Shown: one piece after another, positions 47,928-56,848 of the stretch
How positions within the stretch are numbered: the first letter of the stretch is position 1
Layout of the letters: each line of letters starts with the position of its first letter
From: a virus
Lineage: Duplodnaviria > Caudoviricetes
DNA length: 64,000 nucleotides
IMG/VR virus record: IMGVR_UViG_3300031519_000015
Coordinates: 1-64,000 of that record
Direction: 5' to 3' (one strand)
Notes under the pieces: model-generated
Told to the model about the DNA's origin: nothing
Databases searched by the model: none
What the model saw: only the letters and a program-made list of their open reading frames with translations
Translations under genes and position numbers: made by a program

Positions 47928-49485
47928 TAGTCAATTCCTTAATTTTCATTAGCTTGTCTAGTAGATTAATTCCTAAGACATCAAATTTTACATGACCCAG
48001 TGCTTCTAAATCTGTCATTTCTAATCCTGCTATTTTTTCTGTAGAACCTTTCTGCGGTATCATTGGGCATACATTTTTAAGCTTGTCTTTAGATATTACA
48101 ACTCCAGCAGCATGTTTACCTTGAGTCTTGAATGTTCCTTCTATGTCAATTGCTTGTTGGAAATATTCTGCATAGTCACCTTCAAGCTTACCATCGTCTG
48201 ATATTTGGCAAAAGTCTCGCAGCTCATCCGCGCGGTTCAGCAAAGACCATCTGATAATTGATCTATCTTCATCGTCCATGTCTGCAAGTTGATCTGATAT
48301 TTCGGCCTCGTTTGGTACACTCTTAGTTATAGCATTCATCTCACTAAAAGAACAAGCTTCATTGACACGAAGTACTTCTTTTATTGCACTACGCCCCCTT
48401 AGTCTACCAAAAGTTATCATCTGGCTAACATGTTCATTACCATACGTTTTCTTTAAATATTCTATAACGTCGTCACGCTTCTTACCCGGAACATCCATGT
48501 CAATATCAGGCAGTGAAACATGACCGCCAGTATTTCTGCCAGCGTTGTAAAATCTTTCAAATATTAAGTCGTGTTCAACTGGGTCAATCTTTGTTATGCC
48601 AACTAGATAAGAAATTAAACACCCTGCGGCAGAACCTCTTCCCGGTCCAGCCAACCATCCCATGTCTTCTTCAACGTGTCTAATAATATCTTGAACTATA
48701 AGAAAGTATCCAAACAAGTCTGCATCTTTTATTACTTGTAGCTCTTTCCTAAATCTGTCACCGTACTGTATACGTTTAGCATCGTCGTTACCTACCTTTT
48801 TAGACAAAAACTTTTTGTACCCTTCCCGAGCCATTCTTGTTAGATACTCTTCTTGAGACATATTGTTAGGACATAAAAATTTAGGAAGCATGGGTGGGCT
48901 TAATATTTCGTAGTCTTCGCAAGAATTATATATATGCTCCAACTCTTTAGTGACTTTACCTTCTGTTACGCATTTATCGTCTTTCTGAAAATATTCTAAA
49001 ACTTCTGGATCTAAATTATTATTTCTAATTTGTGCGTTTATTTTAGGTAGGGTTTTTTTTAAGGCAGAACAGAGTAGAACTCTGTGCAGAACTGCATGTT
49101 CTTTTTTAGCATAGTAGGATGGTTGAATATTATCTTTAGACTGCTGTATTCCAATTAAATTATTTTTACTGATAATGTCTTTAGCTATGTTTTTAGGTAT
49201 ACTTCCATTTTCGTCTGTCATGGAAACCATTTGTATCAAGTCGTTCCAACCATCTTTGTTCTTAGCGTAAACAGTTGTGCTATCAAACGCACAGCCAATA
49301 ATAGGCTTTATGCCCATCTTTTTACAAGCTTGATGAAACGACACAGCTCCAGATATAGATTTGTAGTCTGTAATCCCACATGCTGGATAGTCTCTATCGG
49401 CGCATATTTTTGCAAGTTCATGTGGCTTAGAAAACCCTTTAAGCAAACTATAATGCGTAAAGTTCTTCAGTGGAAACCAATTCAA
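47914..49485 (-). CDS. dnaE: DNA polymerase III alpha, N-terminal fragment (degenerate PHP plus palm/thumb)
   Basis: PHP remnants 'THYSLLKG','GITDY','GIKPIIG'. 'GPGRGSAAGCLISYL.GIT.IDP','FERF', catalytic 'PDIDMD', 'HAAGVVIS', and 'KFDVLG' near the C-terminus. Confidence 0.95.
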   Translation of the reverse strand: MNWFPLKNFTHYSLLKGFSKPHELAKICADRDYPACGITDYKSISGAVSFHQACKKMGIKPIIGCAFDSTTVYAKNKDGWNDLIQMVSMTDENGSIPKNIAKDIISKNNLIGIQQSKDNIQPSYYAKKEHAVLHRVLLCSALKKTLPKINAQIRNNNLDPEVLEYFQKDDKCVTEGKVTKELEHIYNSCEDYEILSPPMLPKFLCPNNMSQEEYLTRMAREGYKKFLSKKVGNDDAKRIQYGDRFRKELQVIKDADLFGYFLIVQDIIRHVEEDMGWLAGPGRGSAAGCLISYLVGITKIDPVEHDLIFERFYNAGRNTGGHVSLPDIDMDVPGKKRDDVIEYLKKTYGNEHVSQMITFGRLRGRSAIKEVLRVNEACSFSEMNAITKSVPNEAEISDQLADMDDEDRSIIRWSLLNRADELRDFCQISDDGKLEGDYAEYFQQAIDIEGTFKTQGKHAAGVVISKDKLKNVCPMIPQKGSTEKIAGLEMTDLEALGHVKFDVLGINLLDKLMKIKELTNDRG

Positions 49486-49495
49486 TACACTATCC

Positions 49496-50119
49496 TCATT
49501 CCTTATAATAAAATCTTACATCATACTTGTTTGATGGCGTAGTATCTTTATCTGCTCTAGGTAGCAAACAATAGTTACTTTTAGCCAACGCACAACGAGT
49601 GTCTTCAATCTCTTTTGGGTTTGTAAACAATGGGTTAATTTCAAATTCTACATTGCTTACAGAAAAATCCTGTCTAACTAATTCTAGCATCTGTTGAACA
49701 ATTTTACAATCAAAACCTTCTGCGTCAATCTTTAATTTTTTAATAGAGGATATCTCGAAATTATTAATAAACGTTTCAAAAGTCATACACTCTACTTCTT
49801 GAGCTTTGATAACTGAGCTAACAAGTATATTACGTTTTTCGCACTCTATCGTAATGGCTTCGTGTATTTCTGCAATTTTGTTACAACCACGCAAGAAAAA
49901 GGGTAGGTCATATTCTTTAATTGTTTCAGGTTCAATATAATATATAGGAATTGTACTATTTTTATCTGTTATAGCTGCTTTGACTTTTATGGTATTAGAA
50001 TAATATTCTATGTTATTTAAATAAAAATCTATAGGCTCAACGTATATACCAGACTCATTATTTTCTGGTATAGTATATCTAAAATCAGAAGTACCAATAT
50101 CAACAAAATCAAAAATCAT
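49496..50119 (-). CDS. FkbM-family methyltransferase-like protein
   Basis: 'FVDIGTSDF','GIYVEPI','LKIDAEGFD'. Confidence 0.7.
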   Translation of the reverse strand: MIFDFVDIGTSDFRYTIPENNESGIYVEPIDFYLNNIEYYSNTIKVKAAITDKNSTIPIYYIEPETIKEYDLPFFLRGCNKIAEIHEAITIECEKRNILVSSVIKAQEVECMTFETFINNFEISSIKKLKIDAEGFDCKIVQQMLELVRQDFSVSNVEFEINPLFTNPKEIEDTRCALAKSNYCLLPRADKDTTPSNKYDVRFYYKE

Positions 50120-50199
50120 TTTTTAGGCATTGGTATTTTTTTAGGTTCAGTTGTTCTTGGACTATCCGTCAAAGGGAAACTCTTTACTGGTTTTGACAT
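50116..50199 (-). CDS. Small ORF not in track (27 aa, MSKPVKSFPLTDSPRTTEPKKIPMPKK)
   Basis: AAGGAAGG RBS upstream. Its TGA overlaps the FkbM ATG (ATGA). Confidence 0.4.
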   Translation of the reverse strand: MSKPVKSFPLTDSPRTTEPKKIPMPKK

Positions 50200-50860
50200 T
50201 TTCTATACCTTCCTTTATGAGTGGATATAAAACATTAACAGCCGCAACACTAGCTTCATTGTCTGAAGGAAAGTGTACGCCTTGTAAAACTCTAGCTAAC
50301 CCACAAAATTTAGCTATTTCAAAAAAATTAGATTTGTATTCTGGATACTCATCAGATAGTATATGGGCTGCAAGTTCAGCATACATTGTGTGTCCACTTG
50401 GATAGGACGGTGTGTGATGAGTGTCTGTGTAAAGAATTTTTATATTTATATTATGATATGGTGCAAGCTGTTCTGGTCTAGCCCTATTAAAATGATATTT
50501 CAATCCATATATATAAGGCTCAAGAAAATCATAAAATGTATAAAATTTACTCTTTGGGAAATTCAAGTTTTTATTTTCCAAGAAATCAAGAAATAAATTT
50601 ATGGGGTCTTTGTCTACTTTTATAACTAAATCTATTTCCTTAGCTGTCCTATTCACAGTAGCTTTACTGATAGATGCCAACTCTCTAGTGGTCTTTGGGC
50701 TACTGTTTTTAGGAGGTGCATCAATAATTTTTAGCCAATCAATTTTTACTACATTATTTTTAATGTCATCTTGATATGACATTTTATTTCTTAGATAACC
50801 AAGGTCATCTATATTTTCTTGCTGTCTGATAATTTGATCTATCTTATTTATTATTGACAT
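50162..50860 (-). CDS. PAP2 / vanadium-haloperoxidase-superfamily phosphatase
   Basis: All three motifs are present: 'KYHFNRARP', 'PSYPSGH', 'RVLQGVHFPSD'. Confidence 0.85.
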   Translation of the reverse strand: MSIINKIDQIIRQQENIDDLGYLRNKMSYQDDIKNNVVKIDWLKIIDAPPKNSSPKTTRELASISKATVNRTAKEIDLVIKVDKDPINLFLDFLENKNLNFPKSKFYTFYDFLEPYIYGLKYHFNRARPEQLAPYHNINIKILYTDTHHTPSYPSGHTMYAELAAHILSDEYPEYKSNFFEIAKFCGLARVLQGVHFPSDNEASVAAVNVLYPLIKEGIENVKTSKEFPFDG

Positions 50861-51077
50861 TATTCTTATGCTCTATAAAGTCTTTATATAATCTATGTAC
50901 TAATCTTTCCCCAGCCCTACGTCTAAAACAAGGCAACAAGCCGTGTACGCACAAAAACAAACCAGCTTTTATACAACATACCCCATGACCTACAGCGAAT
51001 TTTAAATGTTGCCAGTAAGTCATATTGTTGTTGTTTAAATGATCTTTCCACTTTTTTACCAAGCTTTGCATGACCAA
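50844..51077 (-). CDS. DUF6356-like small membrane protein
   Basis: 'HLNNNNMTYWQHLKFA...VHGLLP.F' pattern. Confidence 0.6.
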   Translation of the reverse strand: MVMQSLVKKWKDHLNNNNMTYWQHLKFAVGHGVCCIKAGLFLCVHGLLPCFRRRAGERLVHRLYKDFIEHKNNVNNK

Positions 51078-51775
51078 TATCTAGCCTTCCATTTTGGGCC
51101 GGGATTAGCACAGTTGTGTCTAGCTCTAAAAGATTTTCGTCTTGCTGGATTGTCTTTTTTTATCGACATATTAGGATCACCAAAATTTACTTTGACTACA
51201 TTACCAGACCCATTTTTAACGTATACGCTTCTTTTCTTAGGCCCATCAGGAGTCAGAAATGGTTTTCCTAACTTAACTTTTTTGCCTTGATACTCAGCTG
51301 CCTTACCTTGATATACCAAGGTTGTATCGCCTTTTTTGTAAATGCCTTTTCGTCTGTATGTAAATTCTTCTCCGGTTTTTGGATGTTCATATTTATACGA
51401 ACCGCCTTTACCTTTTCTCAGCAATTCAAAGTCTTCTTTAGTAACCTTGCCGTCTTTGTTTTTATCAAGTCCTTTTTTTTGCTTTTCTGAAGGTTCTGAC
51501 TGAGCTTTCTTCCAAGCTTCTGGATCTGGTCTATCTTTATCGCCCTTCTTGGCAGGTTTATATTTTTTGCCTTCACGTTCTTTCTTTTTGCGAATATTTT
51601 CCCAGAGCGATGCAGCGTCATGTTCTTCTACTTCTTCGCCAAAATCTTCATATTCTGCTTCTGTTGGAACATAAAAATTTTCTTCTGTCAACTCTTCTTC
51701 AAAACCATAGGTTTCTATAGTGTACTCAATATCTGCTTGGGACATTAAAGCTTTTTTATCTTCATTGTTCTTCAT
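51056..51775 (-). CDS. Mosaic basic protein with EF-hand-like loop and C-terminal DUF6321-like domain
   Basis: 'LDKNKDGKVTKEDF' loop. C-terminal 'EYQGKKVKLGKP..KRSVYVKN..VVKVNFGDPNM..RRKSFRARHNC..KARYWSCKAW'. Confidence 0.65.
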   Translation of the reverse strand: MKNNEDKKALMSQADIEYTIETYGFEEELTEENFYVPTEAEYEDFGEEVEEHDAASLWENIRKKKEREGKKYKPAKKGDKDRPDPEAWKKAQSEPSEKQKKGLDKNKDGKVTKEDFELLRKGKGGSYKYEHPKTGEEFTYRRKGIYKKGDTTLVYQGKAAEYQGKKVKLGKPFLTPDGPKKRSVYVKNGSGNVVKVNFGDPNMSIKKDNPARRKSFRARHNCANPGPKWKARYWSCKAW

Positions 51776-52649
51776 TGTTTTGTTCCTCGTATAAATATTT
51801 TTTGACTTGTTGTAGAATACTAATAACTTTTTCTTTTGATATACTCTCTGAAAAATGATCTATTGCTCCGCGAACGACTTCGCACTCTTCTTTCCCTGTA
51901 GCTTCCATCCAGCCAAGAAAATAATTCCAAATTCTATCTTCTAAAGTGAGTGGGTATTTTACACCGTCTGGTCTCCCAAACCTATGCCACCAGCCTAATT
52001 GTGGTATGCATATATTCTTACCGCCATTATTTCTAAACTTTTGAGCTATATATCCTTCTTCTCCACCAAACCCTTTGAATCCTTTATGTATTCCGGGCCA
52101 ATTCTTTTTTTCAAAAGATAATAAACCCATGCCTTGCATGTTTATCTCGAAAGGTTTGCCTGCCTGATAGTCTTTTTTATTTGTACTCCAGACTCCATAC
52201 ATATTGCCTCGCCACTTATCTTCAAAATGTGTGGAGTAATTTGTTAAGTTGTCGTACAGAAGTGGTCCTTGAACCAAGTCTTTACAGTTTCTATTGTTTC
52301 TATAATATGTTAATAAATACTCTAATGCTTCCCTCTGCAACATAACGTGACAGTCCATTATTAAAACATATTTTCCTACAGCCTCGTTTACTATATCATA
52401 TTTATTAAAACTTGAACAACGATCTCGCTTCTCTACATACCTACCTAAGCCTTTCATGGCTAGATTAACGTATTTTTTTGTAGCTTTGCCATGCTCACTG
52501 TCTGGATTGTTATCTAATATAACAATTTCTACTTGATCAGTTGACACTAAATCGTGATACATCCTTAAGCTTTGACAGGAAAAAACTACACCATTGTAGT
52601 CATCATAACAAGCCATGCCTATTGTTAATAGTTTATCCGGGTGCTTCAT
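51762..52649 (-). CDS. Glycosyltransferase family 2 (GT-A)
   Basis: 'LTIGMACYDD','EIVILDNNPD','KYVLIMDCHV','GFGGEEG'. Confidence 0.85.
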   Translation of the reverse strand: MKHPDKLLTIGMACYDDYNGVVFSCQSLRMYHDLVSTDQVEIVILDNNPDSEHGKATKKYVNLAMKGLGRYVEKRDRCSSFNKYDIVNEAVGKYVLIMDCHVMLQREALEYLLTYYRNNRNCKDLVQGPLLYDNLTNYSTHFEDKWRGNMYGVWSTNKKDYQAGKPFEINMQGMGLLSFEKKNWPGIHKGFKGFGGEEGYIAQKFRNNGGKNICIPQLGWWHRFGRPDGVKYPLTLEDRIWNYFLGWMEATGKEECEVVRGAIDHFSESISKEKVISILQQVKKYLYEEQNNEEQ

Positions 52650-53670
52650 AGAATCCTATGTCAAATCCTTCCCTACTACAATCTTTTATAGTTTTTTCCA
52701 TTCCGTGTTCTTTTATATGGTTCTCTATATAAATACACATATTCTGGTCTGTTTCAGGCCACTTGGTCTTGCAAAAATGACACAAATTCTTACACTTCCA
52801 GTGCTTTCTGTTATAATCTAGGGGCTTGGGGGCGATATTTTCTCTAATTTCTTGTACTCTATTTTTTAACATTTCTAGGAACCTAGATTCGTCTTCTGAG
52901 GAAAAACACAGGCTAAAAGGTGACGGGTCAGGATCGCCATCTTTATCTTTATAGAAGAATATGCTCATTATTCTATTGGGGAACTCTGGGTATAATTTAG
53001 ATATAGCATAGTAATACAATAATAACTGTGGATCATTCTCTAGTTTTTTGTAGTCTTTTACCTCTCCAGTAGCCCAATCCATTCTTCTTCCAGTTTTCCA
53101 ATCTATAACCTCTATTGTATCGTCGTTAATCTTGGTTACAAGGTCAATTGTTCCTTTGATTGCTAGCTGTCCTTGAACCATCTCTCCGTTGCGCTCATAC
53201 TCAAACTTAGCCCAATCCTCCTCAATAGGTATATCAAAGTGGGGTTCAGGGAAGTGGATGTTTCTTAATCTGGGGTCAAACTGTCCATCGCTATGGGTTA
53301 GGAAGCACCAAGCGGTGGTTGCTATATCTTGCCTGTCCTTGTTGGTAAAGCTATGGTGAGATCCTTTAGCGTAAGAATCTATACTTAGATCAATCAATTG
53401 GTCCACTAATTCCTTAGTGTGTAATTCTGATTTTTTGCACTTAAATTTACCTATAGCATCATCATCAACTCTTAAGAACTTTACTTTGGGCTTGTCTTGT
53501 TCATATTTTTTTAACCCAGCCAAGACCTCCATGACTTTGTGAACCATCGTTCCCATGTCAGCCTTTTTGCCACTTTTTGATTGATAGCCAAGAACATATG
53601 TTATGAAGTACTGCATTTGGCAGTATGCATAATTATTATAACTTGAAGATCTAATGTATGTTACTAGCAT
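52633..53670 (-). CDS. Cas4/AddB-like PD-(D/E)XK exonuclease with Fe-S staple
   Basis: 'IRSSSYNN..YC', 'GTMVHKVME', 'KGTIDLV...EVIDWKTG', 'QLLLYYYA', C-terminal 'CKNLCHFC'. Confidence 0.85.
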   Translation of the reverse strand: MLVTYIRSSSYNNYAYCQMQYFITYVLGYQSKSGKKADMGTMVHKVMEVLAGLKKYEQDKPKVKFLRVDDDAIGKFKCKKSELHTKELVDQLIDLSIDSYAKGSHHSFTNKDRQDIATTAWCFLTHSDGQFDPRLRNIHFPEPHFDIPIEEDWAKFEYERNGEMVQGQLAIKGTIDLVTKINDDTIEVIDWKTGRRMDWATGEVKDYKKLENDPQLLLYYYAISKLYPEFPNRIMSIFFYKDKDGDPDPSPFSLCFSSEDESRFLEMLKNRVQEIRENIAPKPLDYNRKHWKCKNLCHFCKTKWPETDQNMCIYIENHIKEHGMEKTIKDCSREGFDIGFYEAPG

Positions 53671-54391
53671 TGATATCACTCCAGATGTGTTTTTGTTCTT
53701 CTAAAATTTTAATTAAACCAGCAACGTCAGTATCGTTATCTACAACATGGTCAAACTTAGACCAATCGAAATTATCACGATCTAGAGCAGATTCACACCT
53801 GTGGTTGTCTGAGTACACATCTCGTGTTAATCTTAGAACGATGCCACCAGCCTTTTGTATGGCATCAATCTCGTTAGGAAATCTTACATCTGGTATTAAT
53901 GCTACAGAAGATTGTTCTTCTTGAATTAATTTGAGTGTATAATCTACCCATACCGTGTCTTTTATTTTTCTCATAATATCTGTTCCAAAATATTGTAAAA
54001 ACTCTCTAGCTGTCATCTTATGTTTCCAACCGTTCTGGCTATATGGAGTTTGAGTATTCTTATCTTCATCAGTTCCATACACTTGTCTTGGCTCAAGATC
54101 AAATAAAGAAACAGATAAATGCTTAAGACAATCAGCAAAGTGATAAAGTTTAACGTGGGGCCACAACTCTTGTTCAGCGTATGACACAAAGTCTGTGTCT
54201 TTTCTTGTAATATCAAATATTCCCCAACCCTTTGCACCTTTAACGTCTTGAGTCTCTATTTCTAGCTCACCCTTGTCGCCAATGTCAAAGTCTGACACCA
54301 TTGCACGATCTTTAATGATACAGCCTGTGATAAAATTAGCTACTGTATTTTTACCAGCTTGCTTCCTCCCAGATATCCCAATTATTCTCAT
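53651..54391 (-). CDS. Deoxynucleoside monophosphate kinase
   Basis: 'IIGISGRKQAGKNT', 'FADCLK', 'REFLQYFGTD', 'IPDVRFPNE'. Confidence 0.9.
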   Translation of the reverse strand: MRIIGISGRKQAGKNTVANFITGCIIKDRAMVSDFDIGDKGELEIETQDVKGAKGWGIFDITRKDTDFVSYAEQELWPHVKLYHFADCLKHLSVSLFDLEPRQVYGTDEDKNTQTPYSQNGWKHKMTAREFLQYFGTDIMRKIKDTVWVDYTLKLIQEEQSSVALIPDVRFPNEIDAIQKAGGIVLRLTRDVYSDNHRCESALDRDNFDWSKFDHVVDNDTDVAGLIKILEEQKHIWSDINASNIH

Positions 54392-55410
54392 TAGTAAGTA
54401 CCTTTCAATTCGCTAAGTATATCTTTCTTAATTTTATAAACAGACATGTCTCCAACATCCTTATCTGATAACTTTGGAAAAGTCAGCTTATACATACGAC
54501 CAAACTCTCTTTTCATTTGAACCATTGCTTCTCTACCAGCTTGATCGTTATCCATTAGTACAATTAGGTGTGTAACAGCAAGTTTCTTAATTTTATTTGA
54601 CTGTTCTTTAGAAATACTTTTACCAAACACACTAACTGCATTCCTTACACCCGATTCATGTAGTTTCCAAACATCTCCTTGTCCTTCTAGTATATAAAGA
54701 CAAGAAGTTTCTTCTGCCCTCTGTATTGCTCTGTGATAATTATAAAAATAATTTCTCTTATTAAATCCCGTGGGTGATATTAAGAATTTTGGCATACGAT
54801 ATTCTTTTATTGATCTACCTATCATGCCAACTAATAGTTCTCCATTGTCATTGTGGATAGGTATAATAGACCTTTCTTTCATTATACCCTGTTCGTGGCA
54901 ATCTCCCACATCAAAATAGTTTAAAGTTGATTTTTTAAAACCTCTACCTATGAAATAATTAGAAGGTTTTGATACTTCATGATGGAACTTTATGGGTTTG
55001 TCGTCTAAACACTTACAAGTTTGGTTCATGAATTTAATTATACTAGCAAAGTCTTCATCCTCATCTTCTATGTGTACTTCCGAAGTGAAACTAGTAGATT
55101 TAATGTTGAATTCTTCCTTCACCCATTTTAAAACATCTTTAAATTCTACATTAGTACCAGATTGATTAGATAGTGTTCCTTGTATAAGTGCAAATATATC
55201 GTTACCATGTTCCTGCTGGCAGTCTCTTGTCCAACACTTCCATATACCTTTTTCTTGAGAGAAAGAAAAAGCTCTTGGGTTGTCACTGTTTTCGTGAACA
55301 GGACATGTTGAATAGATATTATCATTAAAGACTTCGCACTTCATGCCTAGCTTTTTAAACACAGCTTCGGCACTATTGTTAAGCTTCTTCTTGATTTGCT
55401 GTAAGTTCAT
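54391..55410 (-). CDS. dnaG: DNA primase (Zn-binding plus TOPRIM)
   Basis: 'CPVHE..WKCWTRDC' Zn domain. TOPRIM 'LEGQGDVWKL','LMDNDQAG','DVGD'. Confidence 0.9.
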   Translation of the reverse strand: MNLQQIKKKLNNSAEAVFKKLGMKCEVFNDNIYSTCPVHENSDNPRAFSFSQEKGIWKCWTRDCQQEHGNDIFALIQGTLSNQSGTNVEFKDVLKWVKEEFNIKSTSFTSEVHIEDEDEDFASIIKFMNQTCKCLDDKPIKFHHEVSKPSNYFIGRGFKKSTLNYFDVGDCHEQGIMKERSIIPIHNDNGELLVGMIGRSIKEYRMPKFLISPTGFNKRNYFYNYHRAIQRAEETSCLYILEGQGDVWKLHESGVRNAVSVFGKSISKEQSNKIKKLAVTHLIVLMDNDQAGREAMVQMKREFGRMYKLTFPKLSDKDVGDMSVYKIKKDILSELKGTY

Positions 55411-56848
55411 TTGCTACTTTTTTGATAGAGTCATTGTCCACTAAACCAGTATCACCAATAGGTTGATTTTTGAATTCATTTCTAGTTCTAAGTTCTAGCA
55501 ACTTTGCGTGTGCGCCTTGCATTTGCATATTAATATAATCACCGTCATCCATCCCAGCCCCATGTCTTGATACAATTGGTACTAGTTTTCTATTACCAGC
55601 TTGAGGTCCGTCCTCTGCTAATTCTTCTGGCGACTTAGCCTTAAATATACTAAACGATGTACACAGCCATATTAAACGGTCTGATCCACTTACAGCATCA
55701 GTACTTTCTTTAGTAATGCCATCTCTATTTAATTGCACAAAAGATAAACATGGTATGTCCAGCTTTACGCATAAATTATGTAAAGAAGTTATCTGAAACC
55801 CCAAAGCTTGATACTCTTGCATATTATTGTTGATAGAAGCGGAAGACATAAGCTTTAAGTAGTCATAGACAACTACGCAATCATTCGTCTTGCCCATCTC
55901 GTCTGACTTAACCTCTTGTACTATCCATCTCTTAATTATATTTAATATTTGTTCAAACGGCTTGCCAGCTACACTCACATAGCTATATGGTATGGTAGAT
56001 AGTTTTTCCACTGCCATTTGCACCTTTTCGTTTTTTATAGAATCTTCTGTGAATTTACCAGTTGCTACTTCATTGATAGGTACTCCGCTTATGTTTGCAA
56101 TCAATCTATTTAAATGATCTTCTTTAGACATCTCTGTGTCTAATACTAATACGGGTACTCCATCCGAGGATACGTTAAGGGCAACATTGTCAGCAAATAC
56201 CGACTTACCAACTTTTGGTCTTGCAGAAACAAGATCAACGCATTTTCGTCGAAGACCGCCACCAATGGCTTCGTCGTATCGCGTGAATCCCGTGGGTATA
56301 CCAATGATATCACACTTGTTTTCTTCGAGAAATTTGACATAATCTTCTATTCCTGCTCCTATCTTTTCTGGATTCTCACCACCATCATCCTCTCGTAAAA
56401 AATCTGTAACTGGATTTTCAAGTATTTGTATAATGTCATTGACACTCTCTGTCCCACTAACCTTGTCCACATCCTTGTGTATTTTCATGGTCAGTTTTTT
56501 TATTTTACGAGCAAACTCAAACTTTTTCATCTGTATAGCAAAGCTAAATATGTTTTCCTGACTTACTGGAAAATCATACAAAGACTTTATGTAGCCTAAT
56601 TCTTGCTTCGTGCTAATTTGATCAATGCAATTTAGCTGTTCTGCTGAAGCTAGCAACGTTGCTATGTCTGGGACTTGATCATTAGATATGATATCATCTA
56701 TACATCTGTAAATAATTTTGTTATTTTTGTTTCCAAAACTGTCTACTGATATTAAATCTGAAACTGCAACATATGCATCTATACCGTATTGCAACAAGCC
56801 TGCAAGTACAGCTCTTTCAGCTCCAACATCTAAGAGTTTTTCTTCCAT
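55379..56848 (-). CDS. dnaB: Replicative DnaB-like helicase
   Basis: N-terminal 'AERAVLAGLL', Walker A 'SARPKVGKS', 'LDTEMS', 'VVYDYLKLM', 'FVQLNR'. Confidence 0.95.
   Translation of the reverse strand: MEEKLLDVGAERAVLAGLLQYGIDAYVAVSDLISVDSFGNKNNKIIYRCIDDIISNDQVPDIATLLASAEQLNCIDQISTKQELGYIKSLYDFPVSQENIFSFAIQMKKFEFARKIKKLTMKIHKDVDKVSGTESVNDIIQILENPVTDFLREDDGGENPEKIGAGIEDYVKFLEENKCDIIGIPTGFTRYDEAIGGGLRRKCVDLVSARPKVGKSVFADNVALNVSSDGVPVLVLDTEMSKEDHLNRLIANISGVPINEVATGKFTEDSIKNEKVQMAVEKLSTIPYSYVSVAGKPFEQILNIIKRWIVQEVKSDEMGKTNDCVVVYDYLKLMSSASINNNMQEYQALGFQITSLHNLCVKLDIPCLSFVQLNRDGITKESTDAVSGSDRLIWLCTSFSIFKAKSPEELAEDGPQAGNRKLVPIVSRHGAGMDDGDYINMQMQGAHAKLLELRTRNEFKNQPIGDTGLVDNDSIKKVANELTANQEEA

Noticed and set aside
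52633-53670. Cas4 as evidence of a phage CRISPR-Cas system
   Set aside because: Stand-alone Cas4-like nucleases are common in phage replication modules, and no other cas genes or repeats are in the window.
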